A DNA stretch of 64,000 nt from Vulcanimicrobiota bacterium (GTDB taxonomy: Bacteria; Vulcanimicrobiota; Vulcanimicrobiia; Vulcanimicrobiales; Vulcanimicrobiaceae). Below the pieces are notes generated by a model, which was not told the DNA's origin, searched no databases, and saw only the letters and a list, made by a program, of their open reading frames with translations. Shown piece by piece: positions 17,823-26,433 of the stretch. Location: contig PMHJ01000024.1 of NCBI GenBank assembly GCA_003158175.1, positions 15,316 through 79,315 of the forward strand, in the 5' to 3' direction. A program made the translations under genes and the position numbers. Position 1 is the stretch's first letter, and each line of letters begins with the position of its first letter.

Positions 17823-19450
17823 TAAGTGCCTTGCCCCGCTCGCAGTGCGTCGCTGGCTTTGACGTTGGCGACGTACTCATCCATGAGCTCGAGCTCTCCG
17901 GCACGACGCAGAATCTCCGTTTGCGCGGTACGCCAGTTACGGGGCTGCGAACCGAGAATCGGCAGACGCCGGTATCTGCGATACACGAGGTAGAAGAGAA
18001 GTCCCAACAGCAGCCAGCTCGGCCCGAAGATTCGCCCGAGCGGGTGCGTGAACAGCGTAAACATCAGGATCGAAAATATGCCGATGAACCCGATGACGGC
18101 GACGATTGGAAACTCGACCCGTTCTCCGCGAAAGCGCATCGGCACGTTGAGCGGAATCTTGAACTTACGAGGGCTGAGCGGATCGGTCAGGCGCAATCCG
18201 ATCAAGCCGAGAAAGACGAACGAGTAGCTCGTGGCCGCACCGAACGCATAGAGATCCGCCAGGAAATCGAGGCCGTTCTCGCCGTGAAAGAAGCGCGTGT
18301 AGAGCGAGGAGACCGCCGGAAAGAGCGCCGGGGCTGCGGCAAAAAGCAACTCTATGACGGCAATGATCGAGAAGAAGACGATCGAGATCATCGGCGTGCG
18401 AAACTTCCGGTGAACGCGCTGAAAGATCGAGGGCAATAGATTGCTGGTGCTCATTGCGTAGGCGATTCGAGAACTCCCAAAGACGCCCGAGTTCGAGGAA
18501 ATGAGCAACAAAATGGCGCCCAGGACCGGGACGTAGAGCGCGGCAAACGCGCCGTAGTATGGGACCTGCGCCGCAAGGAGCGCGACCGCCTTGCCTTGAT
18601 TGTCGGGGTTGTTCGGGAAAATTTGCCAAAACTGTAGATGATGACCGGCGGCATCGGTGATCGGATGCCACGGTTGAAACCCCAAGGCTAGGTTCGAGTA
18701 CGCCAACGCAAAGATCAAAATCGTGAGAATCAAAGAGACCGACGTGCGCGGAATGATCGAAGCCGGTCGTTGCGTTTCTTGCGCCGCCTGCGAAATCGAT
18801 TCGAGCCCGACGAACGAGATGATCGCAAGCGACGTTCCCAGCATGAGCTCGTAGGGCGAAGGCCAGTGCGTTTGCATCGTGTGAATGAGCAGCTGGGGCC
18901 GGAACGCGAAAAGGAAGCCAAAGCACAGGATACAGGTTTCGCTGATCACGTCGAGCGCCGATACCACGCCGTTGAACGTCGTACTTTCGCGCACGCCGAT
19001 CACGTTCAAAAGGCAGAGCCCGATAACGAGCCCGAGTACGACGCCGAAGTGCAGCCACGGGTGAACCGAGTTCACGAGCGCGGGCAGCAGCTGGCTGGAA
19101 TAGTCCACGGAGGTCCAGGCAAAGAGCGTCACGTCGATGGTGAAGTCGAGCAACACTGCCCATCCCGCGATGAAGCCGAAGATATCGCCGAGCCCGCGCA
19201 TGACGAAATACTGGCCGCCGCCGGCCACGGGATAGGTTGCTGCGAGCTCCGTGTACGCCAGTCCGATGCAGACGTACACGACGCCGGCGAACAGAAAGGC
19301 AACGTTCGAGGCTCCGGCAGCCCACGCGAGCACCAGGCCCAACCCGACGAAGATGTCGGCGCCCACGTCGGAATAGCCCCAGGAGAAGGAGCCCCAGGGC
19401 GTTACGCTGCGGCGCAGCTCCGGCTGGGAGCTCTTAGAATCGGCGGGCAC
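17822..19450 (-). CDS. APC superfamily amino-acid/polyamine permease
   Basis: 542 aa with about 12 or more TM segments and APC-type sequence (GAGASNVAFLFAGVVYVCIGLAYTELA). Confidence 0.88.
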   Translation of the reverse strand: MPADSKSSQPELRRSVTPWGSFSWGYSDVGADIFVGLGLVLAWAAGASNVAFLFAGVVYVCIGLAYTELAATYPVAGGGQYFVMRGLGDIFGFIAGWAVLLDFTIDVTLFAWTSVDYSSQLLPALVNSVHPWLHFGVVLGLVIGLCLLNVIGVRESTTFNGVVSALDVISETCILCFGFLFAFRPQLLIHTMQTHWPSPYELMLGTSLAIISFVGLESISQAAQETQRPASIIPRTSVSLILTILIFALAYSNLALGFQPWHPITDAAGHHLQFWQIFPNNPDNQGKAVALLAAQVPYYGAFAALYVPVLGAILLLISSNSGVFGSSRIAYAMSTSNLLPSIFQRVHRKFRTPMISIVFFSIIAVIELLFAAAPALFPAVSSLYTRFFHGENGLDFLADLYAFGAATSYSFVFLGLIGLRLTDPLSPRKFKIPLNVPMRFRGERVEFPIVAVIGFIGIFSILMFTLFTHPLGRIFGPSWLLLGLLFYLVYRRYRRLPILGSQPRNWRTAQTEILRRAGELELMDEYVANVKASDALRAGQGT

Positions 19451-19456
19451 TGGCCA

Positions 19457-19849
19457 CTAGAACGCGTTTCGATGCAGGCTCAAGCGTTTTCCGTCCAGCG
19501 TGACGATGTCGAAGCGAATCTTTGCGGAAGGCGCGACGATTTGACCGTAATCCGCGGCGATCCGCCGCAGCGTCGCGCGTTTTCGCGTATCCACCGCCTG
19601 CAACGCCGCGCCGAACTTCCTGGAGTCACGGCGCTTTACTTCGACGATGACGAGCGTCGGCCCGTCGAGGCAAACGGCATCGATTTCCCCGCCGGGAACG
19701 CGTACGTTGCGAGCCAGGATGCGATAACCGCAAGCGGCAAGAAAGTCGCTCGCCCGGTCCTCTCCCTGTCGCCCTTTTGCGCCGCTATTCTTCAATCCAA
19801 CTTGGGTCCAGCGCGAGCTGCGCGTCACGCACCCGCGCCCAGTTTGCAC
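19457..19849 (-). CDS. yraN: YraN-family (UPF0102) endonuclease
   Basis: GRQGEDRASDFLAACGYRILARNVRVPGGEIDAVCLDG..LVIVEVKRR. An alternative TTG start at 19796 would give 113 aa. Confidence 0.8.
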   Translation of the reverse strand: MQTGRGCVTRSSRWTQVGLKNSGAKGRQGEDRASDFLAACGYRILARNVRVPGGEIDAVCLDGPTLVIVEVKRRDSRKFGAALQAVDTRKRATLRRIAADYGQIVAPSAKIRFDIVTLDGKRLSLHRNAF

Positions 19850-20474
19850 GATGGTGAATGCTGGGGCCGTGTACTCTCAAGGCCTCCAGGTGATGGGGCG
19901 TCGAGTACCCCTTATGAAGCGCATATCCGTAGCGGGCGTCCTCTTTGTCGAGTTCGACCATCAGGGCATCGCGATGCACCTTTGCGACAATCGAAGCAGC
20001 GGCCACGAGCGCGCAGCGCGCGTCGCCGTGAATCAGTGGTTCTTGCGGGCCAATAAACGACCGGATCCGAACGGCGTCGGTAATCAGATACTCGGGCGCT
20101 GCCGTCAGCGATGCGATGGCACGTTCCATCGCTAGGAGGCTGGCCCAATAGATGTTGAGCCGGTCGATCTCGGCGACGCAGGCGCTTCCGACCGCCCAAG
20201 CCACGGCTTGCAGCTTGACGATCTGTGCGATCTCGATTCGCAACTCCGGTCGCACCTGCTTGGAGTCGTTGAGACCTCTGATGAACAGGGGTTGGGTAGC
20301 GACGACGCAGGCCGCAACGACCGGCCCGGCCAGGGGGCCGCGTCCCACTTCGTCGATGCCGCCGACCAGCCGAAAGCCTTTTGCGCGGGCCGCCTCCTCG
20401 AATCGGTGCAACCGATGCAGGCGGCGCCGTTCGCGCTCGTACGCGGTCTTGGTCTTACGCTGCTTCGGTGTCAT
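19785..20474 (-). CDS. rnhB: Ribonuclease HII
   Basis: GIDEVGRGPLAGPVVAACVV and DSKQ motifs. ATG 20474 is preceded by GGAGG. Confidence 0.9.
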   Translation of the reverse strand: MTPKQRKTKTAYERERRRLHRLHRFEEAARAKGFRLVGGIDEVGRGPLAGPVVAACVVATQPLFIRGLNDSKQVRPELRIEIAQIVKLQAVAWAVGSACVAEIDRLNIYWASLLAMERAIASLTAAPEYLITDAVRIRSFIGPQEPLIHGDARCALVAAASIVAKVHRDALMVELDKEDARYGYALHKGYSTPHHLEALRVHGPSIHHRANWARVRDAQLALDPSWIEE

Positions 20475-21267
20475 CGGGAGCCTCCAATGATATGCGCCCG
20501 AAGGCGCCTTCGTTGAACGCGCGGATATACGAATGCGCCGCGTTGTGATAATCGAGTTCGCCGCCGCGCCGCACGAAACCGCGTGCCGTCGCAAACGCGT
20601 GCAGATCCGGCACCTTGCTCCGAGGCGTGCGAGCGAGCAGCCAGCGATGAAAGGCCGCCGCGATCTCTTGCGCGTCGTATCGCTCGTGCGGTACGCCTCC
20701 GCAGAGGGCGAGTTTCCACTGTGCGTCGGCGTTGGGAATTCGCGTCGGCAAGATGCCGGGTGTGTCCATGAGTTCGACGTTTCCTTCGAGACGAAACCAT
20801 TGAAGGTGCTTCGTCACGCCCGCGCGGGCCTCGGTCTTCGCAGCGGCTCTGCGCAGGAGCGCATTGACGATGGAGGATTTGCCGGAGTTAGGAATTCCAA
20901 CGATCATCGCCCGCGCGACCCCGGCCGTCTTCTTCCCCCGCGAGCGGCCGATCGCAGCGGCGATCTGCATGACGCTGCGCTGATTTCGCCCGTCCACGGC
21001 AACGCCCGCCCAACCGCGCTGCGATAAGTCCGCCAGCCAGCGTTTCGTCGTGGCAGGATCGGCGAGATCGTTGCGGTCGAGCACGACGAGCCGCGTGCGC
21101 TCGCCGGCAAGCTCGTCGAGCAGCGGATTACGCCCCGTGCGCGCGATGCGCGCATCGACGACCTCGACGACGATATCGATCGAGCGCAAGTACTCGCGAA
21201 TTCGACGCATGGCCTTGGCCATGTGGCCGGGATACCATTGAACCGGACGCTCCAACTTCGAATTCAC
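20455..21267 (-). CDS. rbgA: Ribosome biogenesis GTPase A (YlqF/RbgA)
   Basis: VQWYPGHMAKA, circularly permuted GTPase motifs (DRNDLAD, GIPNSGKSS, DTPGIL). GTG 21267. The 5' 170 codons of ORF 20455..21786 overlap lepB out of frame. Confidence 0.88.
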   Translation of the reverse strand: MNSKLERPVQWYPGHMAKAMRRIREYLRSIDIVVEVVDARIARTGRNPLLDELAGERTRLVVLDRNDLADPATTKRWLADLSQRGWAGVAVDGRNQRSVMQIAAAIGRSRGKKTAGVARAMIVGIPNSGKSSIVNALLRRAAAKTEARAGVTKHLQWFRLEGNVELMDTPGILPTRIPNADAQWKLALCGGVPHERYDAQEIAAAFHRWLLARTPRSKVPDLHAFATARGFVRRGGELDYHNAAHSYIRAFNEGAFGRISLEAPDDTEAA

Positions 21268-21293
21268 AGTTCCCTGCGCTTCCCGGAACCGAG

Positions 21294-21803
21294 TCAAAGC
21301 GCGCCCAGCATGCCCGGGGGCCAAACGCCGGCGACGGCCCGCCCGATCAAACGGTCGTCGCTCACGGCGCCGAAGGAGCGAGAATCTTCGCTGTTCGCGC
21401 GATTGTCTCCCAGCACGTACACGAATGACGGAGGGACCGTGATCTCGGGGACGCTGCGAGCGTCGGCATCTTGCACGTAGGTTTCGTCCAGTTTCGCGCC
21501 GTTGACGTAGACGCGCCCGCGATCGATTCGAATCCGGTCTCCCGCTACCCCGATCACGCGTTTGATGAAGACCTCGCGCGCATCGCCTTCGTGGCGAAAG
21601 GCCACGATCTGGCCACGCCGCGGCGCGCCGAGCCGATACGCGAACGTGTTGATCAGCACGTATTCGCCGGAATGGATCAGCGGTTCCATCGAGAGGCCCG
21701 AAACCTGGGGCAATCGCATGAAGAAAGCCACGACGAGAAGGGAGAGCACGGCGAGCTGCAACACCAGGCTCGCGACCGAGCGCCATCGCAAGAAGCGGGC
21801 CAC
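21294..21803 (-). CDS. lepB: Signal peptidase I (copy 1, short form)
   Basis: Catalytic Ser box GLSMEP, Lys box FIKRVIGVAGD, and GDNRANSEDSR. Confidence 0.9.
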   Translation of the reverse strand: MARFLRWRSVASLVLQLAVLSLLVVAFFMRLPQVSGLSMEPLIHSGEYVLINTFAYRLGAPRRGQIVAFRHEGDAREVFIKRVIGVAGDRIRIDRGRVYVNGAKLDETYVQDADARSVPEITVPPSFVYVLGDNRANSEDSRSFGAVSDDRLIGRAVAGVWPPGMLGAL

Positions 21804-21825
21804 GCGCTCGACTTCGCGCCGCGCG

Positions 21826-22560
21826 CTACAGAGTCTTGGCTTGCGAGGGCGGCCAGAAGATCAGAAACGCCCGGCCGGTGAAGCCGGCCGGCGCACCGCT
21901 ACGCGGCCCCGTTGCGAAACGTCCGCCATCCTGCGCGAAGCCCCAAATATGCGAGTCTTCGGAATCGTTGCGATTATCGCCGAGCATGACGTAACAGTGC
22001 GGTGGAATGCGATCCGGTTCGTTCCACGACGATTTCGGCGGTACGTTCCCCGAGTCTGGATCGACGCGTTCCCAGCCGGTGCCGTAGTTGATGTACATCC
22101 CGTAATCGCGGATCTCGAGGTTATAGTCCGGTTTTTCGGCCACGTACGGTTCGTGCAGCGGTTTGCCGTTGATATAGACCGTGCCGTCCGAGATGCGCAT
22201 ACGATCGCCCGGACGGCCGATCACGCGCTTGATGAAGTCGTCGGGGGTCGGAACGGGTGGCGGAAAAACGACGACGTCGCCTTCGTTGGGACGATGAAAG
22301 CGGTATTCGAACTTGTCGACCAGGAGAACGTCGTGAATTTGTAAGGTCGGAAGCATCGAGCCGGATGGAATGTAATACGTGCGCGCGACGAAGGTGATGA
22401 GAACCCACGCGGCGAGGCCGGCGATGATGAACGGGTCGAGGAACTCGCGCGCGATGGCGGTGCTGCGGCCCGACGATCCGGCGACCACGGGCCGCAGAGA
22501 AAGCAGCGCGCGGGCTGCTCCAATGACTGCGACGATTGCGAGGAGTTCGTACGGCGTCAT
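21826..22560 (-). CDS. lepB: Signal peptidase I (copy 2)
   Basis: SGSMLPTL, FIKRVIGRPGD, GDNRNDSEDSHIWGF. Confidence 0.9.
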   Translation of the reverse strand: MTPYELLAIVAVIGAARALLSLRPVVAGSSGRSTAIAREFLDPFIIAGLAAWVLITFVARTYYIPSGSMLPTLQIHDVLLVDKFEYRFHRPNEGDVVVFPPPVPTPDDFIKRVIGRPGDRMRISDGTVYINGKPLHEPYVAEKPDYNLEIRDYGMYINYGTGWERVDPDSGNVPPKSSWNEPDRIPPHCYVMLGDNRNDSEDSHIWGFAQDGGRFATGPRSGAPAGFTGRAFLIFWPPSQAKTL

Positions 22561-22565
22561 GTGGT

Positions 22566-23183
22566 CTACTTCTCCAAAACTTGCAGCCGGTTCAGCGGCC
22601 AGACGATCGCGAAGGCACGTCCTGTGAAACTGGCAGGCGCTTTGCCCCTCGCCAGCGGCCCGGCGGCGAAATCACCGTGCGTTTGCGCGAATCCCCAAAC
22701 GTGCGAGTCGTCGGAATAGTTCCGATTGTCGCCGAGGACGAAATAAAAACCGCGGGGAATTCGATTGGGCGCTTGCCACGAGGCGCGAGGCGGAACGTTT
22801 GCCGTTCGCGGATCGAGGGGATGGCCGTTGACGTAGATGCCGTAGTCTCGAATAGTGAGATCGTAGTTGGGCGCCTGGTTTTCGTACGGCTCCCGCAGAG
22901 CCGCACCGTTTCGATAAACGACGCCGTCTCGGATCGTAATGGCGTCCTCGGGCACGCCGATCACGCGCTTGACAAAATCGTTGCCGCCCGATTCCGCCGG
23001 TGGTATGAAGACGGCGACGTCACCATCGTGGGGAGGGTGCAGACGATAGGCGATTTCGTCGACCAGCAGCACGTCGCGGACTTGCAGCGTCGGCACCATC
23101 GAAACGGATGGGATGTAGAACGTGCGGATGACAAACGTGATCAAGAAGAGCGCGACGAGACCCGCGACGATGAGGGCGTCCAC
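22566..23183 (-). CDS. lepB: Signal peptidase I (copy 3); the N-terminus may extend to CTG 23270
   Basis: SVSMVPTL, FVKRVIGVPED, GDNRNYSDDSHVWGF. The frame stays open back to the rplS stop and encodes (L)TPLQLVGLLGLLTIARF, which parallels MTPYELLAIVAVIGAAR of copy 2. Confidence 0.88.
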   Translation of the reverse strand: MDALIVAGLVALFLITFVIRTFYIPSVSMVPTLQVRDVLLVDEIAYRLHPPHDGDVAVFIPPAESGGNDFVKRVIGVPEDAITIRDGVVYRNGAALREPYENQAPNYDLTIRDYGIYVNGHPLDPRTANVPPRASWQAPNRIPRGFYFVLGDNRNYSDDSHVWGFAQTHGDFAAGPLARGKAPASFTGRAFAIVWPLNRLQVLEK

Positions 23184-23279
23184 CGCGTCTCTCGCCGGCG
23201 CTTTTGCCGATAGTGCAAACCGAGCAATCGTTAAGAGGCCGAGAAGCCCTACGAGCTGCAGTGGTGTCAGAGCGGCGGG

Positions 23280-23633
23280 TCAGGTTCCTTTGGCTTTCTT
23301 TTCCTTGATTCGAGCCGCTTTGCCGACCTTTTCGCTCAAGTAATAGAGCCGGCTGCGGGCGACGATGCCCCGCTTTCCGACTTCGATTCGCTCGACGCGC
23401 GGGCTGTGGAGCAGAAAGGTTTTCTCCACGCCGACGCCATGAGCGATGCGGCGGACCGTGATGGATTCGGCCGAGCTCCCGCCCTTGCGCACGATCACCA
23501 CGCCCTCGAACATTTGCGTCCGTTCCTTGCCGCCTTCGGTAACCTTAGAAAAGACCTTCACGGTGTCGCCCGGCCGGAATTGCGGGACACTTTGCTTGAC
23601 CTGATCTCGCTTGAGTGCGTCAATTACGTTCAT
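23280..23633 (-). CDS. rplS: 50S ribosomal protein L19
   Basis: FRPGDTVKV..KVTEGGKERTQMFEGVVI..R..G...SITVRRI..GVGVEKTF..HSP. Confidence 0.95.
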   Translation of the reverse strand: MNVIDALKRDQVKQSVPQFRPGDTVKVFSKVTEGGKERTQMFEGVVIVRKGGSSAESITVRRIAHGVGVEKTFLLHSPRVERIEVGKRGIVARSRLYYLSEKVGKAARIKEKKAKGT

Positions 23634-23638
23634 AACTT

Positions 23639-23686
23639 GTCATCCTGATGCTTCGACTTCGCTCAGCGCTACGGCTGGTCGAAGGG
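23639..23686. repeat. Degenerate copy of the GTCATCCTGA repeat family in the trmD-rplS spacer
   Basis: GTCATCCTGATGCTTCGAC...GGTCGAAGGG. It lies 5 nt upstream of the rplS start codon on the other strand, where its AGGATGAC end reads as a possible SD. Confidence 0.6.
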
Positions 23687-23741
23687 CTAGGCGGCGCAAC
23701 GAATAGCCGGGCACGAAGCCCGGCAGAACCACCGTATCCTA

Positions 23742-24449
23742 TCACGGGCTTTCCCGCGGAGGCAAGGCATTATCGAGCAGGTCGCGGCGGCGGCTGGCCG
23801 TGCGCAGGCGGGACTCTTCGCGACGCCACTGCGCGATCTTGGCGTGATCGCCCGAAAGCAGGACGGCTGGGACGTCGACGCCGCGGAAGGTTGCCGGACG
23901 AGTAAAACTCGGATAATCCAACATTCCCGCCGAAAACGACTCGTGCTCCAGCGACCCCGAGGCGATGGTGCCCTCGAGCAAACGAATGGTGGCATCCATG
24001 AAGGCAAGTGCCGGGATCTCTCCGCCGGTCAGGACGAAATCGCCGAGCGAGTACTCCTGAACGGGATAGAGGACTGCGAGCCGATCATCGATGCCCTCGA
24101 AGTGTCCGCAAACGAGGATCAGGCGGTCGAGCCGTGCCAAGCGCTCGGCTGCGTGCTGGTCGAACCGTTCGCCGCTGGGGCTGGGAACGGCAATGAGCCG
24201 CCGCTCGTCCGGCGCTGCCTGCGCCGCTATGCTGTCGAGAACTCGAGCGATCGGTTCGATGCGCAGCACCATCCCCGGGCCGCCCCCGAACGGCGCGTCG
24301 TCGGCGCGCTCGCCGCCGTTGAGATGGTCGAGAAGATGATGGTACCGGACCCTTGCGATTCCGGCTTCGACCGCGCGCCCGACAATCGACAGGCCTACGA
24401 ACGGTGCAAAGACCTCAGGGAAGAGCGAGACGACGTCGATCTCGAACAT
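23742..24449 (-). CDS. trmD: tRNA (guanine37-N1)-methyltransferase
   Basis: MFEIDVVSLFPEVF...DDAPFGGGPGMVL...GHFEGIDDR...EYSLGDFVLTGGE. Confidence 0.93.
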   Translation of the reverse strand: MFEIDVVSLFPEVFAPFVGLSIVGRAVEAGIARVRYHHLLDHLNGGERADDAPFGGGPGMVLRIEPIARVLDSIAAQAAPDERRLIAVPSPSGERFDQHAAERLARLDRLILVCGHFEGIDDRLAVLYPVQEYSLGDFVLTGGEIPALAFMDATIRLLEGTIASGSLEHESFSAGMLDYPSFTRPATFRGVDVPAVLLSGDHAKIAQWRREESRLRTASRRRDLLDNALPPRESP

Positions 24450-24457
24450 GGACGAGA

Positions 24458-24931
24458 GTGTTCCGGGACCGAGATGAATTTGCTTGCGCGCTCGAGGCGC
24501 TCGATCGTCGCGATTTCGCCCGTGCGCAGAGCGAGCTCGACTTGCTGCTCGACCGCCGATCGTCCGGTGGGCCCGAACGCGCCTTTCTTCTCAACAAACG
24601 AGGCGTGGCTCGCATGGGCCTGGATCTGCGGGAACTAGCGCGCGGCGACTTCGAATCGGCCCTGGAGGCGCAGAGTCATTATGCGCCGGCGCTCACCAAC
24701 CTGGGCAATCTGTTGCTCGAAAGCGGTCAATTGCAAGAGGCGATCGATCATTACGAACGCGCCATTTCCAGCGACGGCGAGTACGCAATTGCCTTTCTCA
24801 ATCTGGGAGTTGCGTATAAGCGGGCCGGTCGCATCGCCGAAGGAGTGCGAGCGTTGCGTCAGGCGCAGCGGCTGGAGCAGCGTTTACGGACTACCGGTCG
24901 ACGTTATTACCGGCCGTCTCGGCCGCGGTGA
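24458..24931 (+). CDS. TPR-repeat protein
   Basis: GTG 24458 is in frame. TPR consensus stretches are present (YAPALTNLGNLLLESGQLQEAIDHYERAI, AIAFLNLGVAYKRAGRIAEG). Confidence 0.6.
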   Translation: MFRDRDEFACALEALDRRDFARAQSELDLLLDRRSSGGPERAFLLNKRGVARMGLDLRELARGDFESALEAQSHYAPALTNLGNLLLESGQLQEAIDHYERAISSDGEYAIAFLNLGVAYKRAGRIAEGVRALRQAQRLEQRLRTTGRRYYRPSRPR

Positions 24932-25379
24932 TCCCTTCGAGATACTGGAAAAGCTGCGGAAGCGTGATCTTTTCGAGCGCGGTCCGTTCGTGAATCGTTG
25001 CGGCGTCCTCTCCCTCGTCGCGAAGATAACACCGCGTTTCGACGCCCTCGCTGCTGCCGACGAAAGCGATGGCGAAGCCGCGGCCGGGAATCTCGTCGTA
25101 GATCCGCATCGTGTCGGGATCGAGAACCTCTATTGAGTGCGCCGAGTTGTGCGCATCGAAGATTAAGATTTTCAGGTGTTCGAAGTTTGTTACTTCGATA
25201 AGCCCGACCACGAACAAGTTCTTGGTTGAAAAGAACTCGTGACCGCGTTTGTTGCGGCTGGAGATTTCATAAAAGACCCGGTGCGCAACGAACCGGTTTA
25301 GGATCTTTCGCAAGGTCGCCAGTGAGGCTAGCGTTTCGGTGCGATTGCCGCGAGTGTAGACGATCTTCACCAGGGGCAC
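24891..25379 (-). CDS. Hypothetical protein (no family recognised), with a locally low-GC core
   Basis: 162-aa ORF MPLVKIVYTRGNRTETLASL... with non-Arg-rich, protein-like composition. A 120-nt core at 25141-25260 is 47.5% G+C by hand count. Confidence 0.55.
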   Translation of the reverse strand: MPLVKIVYTRGNRTETLASLATLRKILNRFVAHRVFYEISSRNKRGHEFFSTKNLFVVGLIEVTNFEHLKILIFDAHNSAHSIEVLDPDTMRIYDEIPGRGFAIAFVGSSEGVETRCYLRDEGEDAATIHERTALEKITLPQLFQYLEGITAAETAGNNVDR

Positions 25380-25461
25380 TCATGCTTGCACGGCCCTGCA
25401 GGCCAGCCCTTCTCCGGCCGCGGCGGAAGTCTCGGACCGCTGCTGAAGCTATTGCTCGCCG

Positions 25462-25728
25462 ATGCTTTCCGTGCCCGACGTTCTCGTGGTTTCCGTGCTA
25501 GCGCTGTTGCTCTTTGGGCCTGACCGGCTCCCAAAGGTCATGCGCCAAGCCGGGCGTTTCATGCGCGACGTACAAAACACGTCCCACTCGTTCATCGCTG
25601 AAATGGAACGCGCCGCCGATACGACCGAAATACCGCCCGCTACGCCGCCGCCTGAGCCCTTAGCCCCTGATTTGAAGACCGGACCCGACCACGAGGAGAT
25701 CTCCGAAAAGGAAACCGAGGCGGGCTAG
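25462..25728 (+). CDS. tatA: Twin-arginine translocase TatA/TatE-family protein
   Basis: MLSVPDVLVVSVLALLLFGPDRLPKVMRQAGRFMRDV shows the TM helix, FGP hinge and amphipathic helix. Confidence 0.85.
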   Translation: MLSVPDVLVVSVLALLLFGPDRLPKVMRQAGRFMRDVQNTSHSFIAEMERAADTTEIPPATPPPEPLAPDLKTGPDHEEISEKETEAG

Positions 25729-26009
25729 ATGTTGAAGTTTTGGCGCAGCTCCGTAATCCGCTGTTGGAGCATCGTGCGTACCTGAGTATGAAGCCGCTCC
25801 CTTTGTTCGTCGGGAAGGCGCCGGTAGATCAGATAGCCCGCAGCTGAGAGCAGGCCGCCAAGTACGCCGGCGAGCACGACCTTACCGGCTTCGCCGGCAT
25901 CCTCGTCGTTCGAACCTTTATCGCCGAAAGCGGTCTGATAGCCGTTTCCCGGGCTCGATGAACTCGACCACGGTTGGTCGGATGGGGTGGTTCGAAAACT
26001 TTCAGACAT
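25725..26009 (-). CDS. Small single-TM protein (hypothetical)
   Basis: 94 aa with a central TM helix VVLAGVLGGLLSAAGYLIY and a charged helical C-terminus. It shares a CTAG overlapping stop with tatA. Confidence 0.45.
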   Translation of the reverse strand: MSESFRTTPSDQPWSSSSSPGNGYQTAFGDKGSNDEDAGEAGKVVLAGVLGGLLSAAGYLIYRRLPDEQRERLHTQVRTMLQQRITELRQNFNI

Positions 26010-26095
26010 CCTGCGGCCTCCTTCGACCTGTCGAGTTTGTTACCCGTGACGTACGGTGTTTGTTACCCGTCCCGAGATGCGGTCTCTCGCGGTCT

Positions 26096-26422
26096 TCATA
26101 CCTTTTCCAGTGCCACGCTCACGTGCTCTGGGAAACGACGAGCAACCTGCCTAACCGCGAGCTCGGCGGTCATGATGATTGCTTGAATGCTTTCGAGGTC
26201 TCGACGGCCGTCCTCCAGCATGACGTCGAACTCTCCCTCGTGCTGGAATGCGGTGAGGGCGCCTCCGCCATAGTGCTCGAGCCCGAGTCGGGCAGCCTGG
26301 AGAATTCCGGAAACCGCGGCGCACACAATATCCTGGCCGTGTTCGGCAAAATCCACGTGACCATAGGCAGAAATTCCCGCGAAGCGATTGTGTCCGTCGC
26401 GATAAAAAGTGACCTCGAGCAC
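26096..26422 (-). CDS. prp: Ribosomal-processing cysteine protease Prp (YsxB/DUF464)
   Basis: ISAYGHVDFAEHGQDIVCAAVSGILQAA carries the His/Cys dyad context. It sits immediately downstream of rplU. Confidence 0.8.
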   Translation of the reverse strand: MLEVTFYRDGHNRFAGISAYGHVDFAEHGQDIVCAAVSGILQAARLGLEHYGGGALTAFQHEGEFDVMLEDGRRDLESIQAIIMTAELAVRQVARRFPEHVSVALEKV

Positions 26423-26433
26423 GGGGGCGGCGG

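Noticed and set aside
21268-21786. 443-aa ORF 20455..21786 as one protein
   Set aside because: Only the C-terminal 271 aa are RbgA/YlqF. The upstream part is Arg-rich and lies out of frame over the well-supported lepB copy 1.
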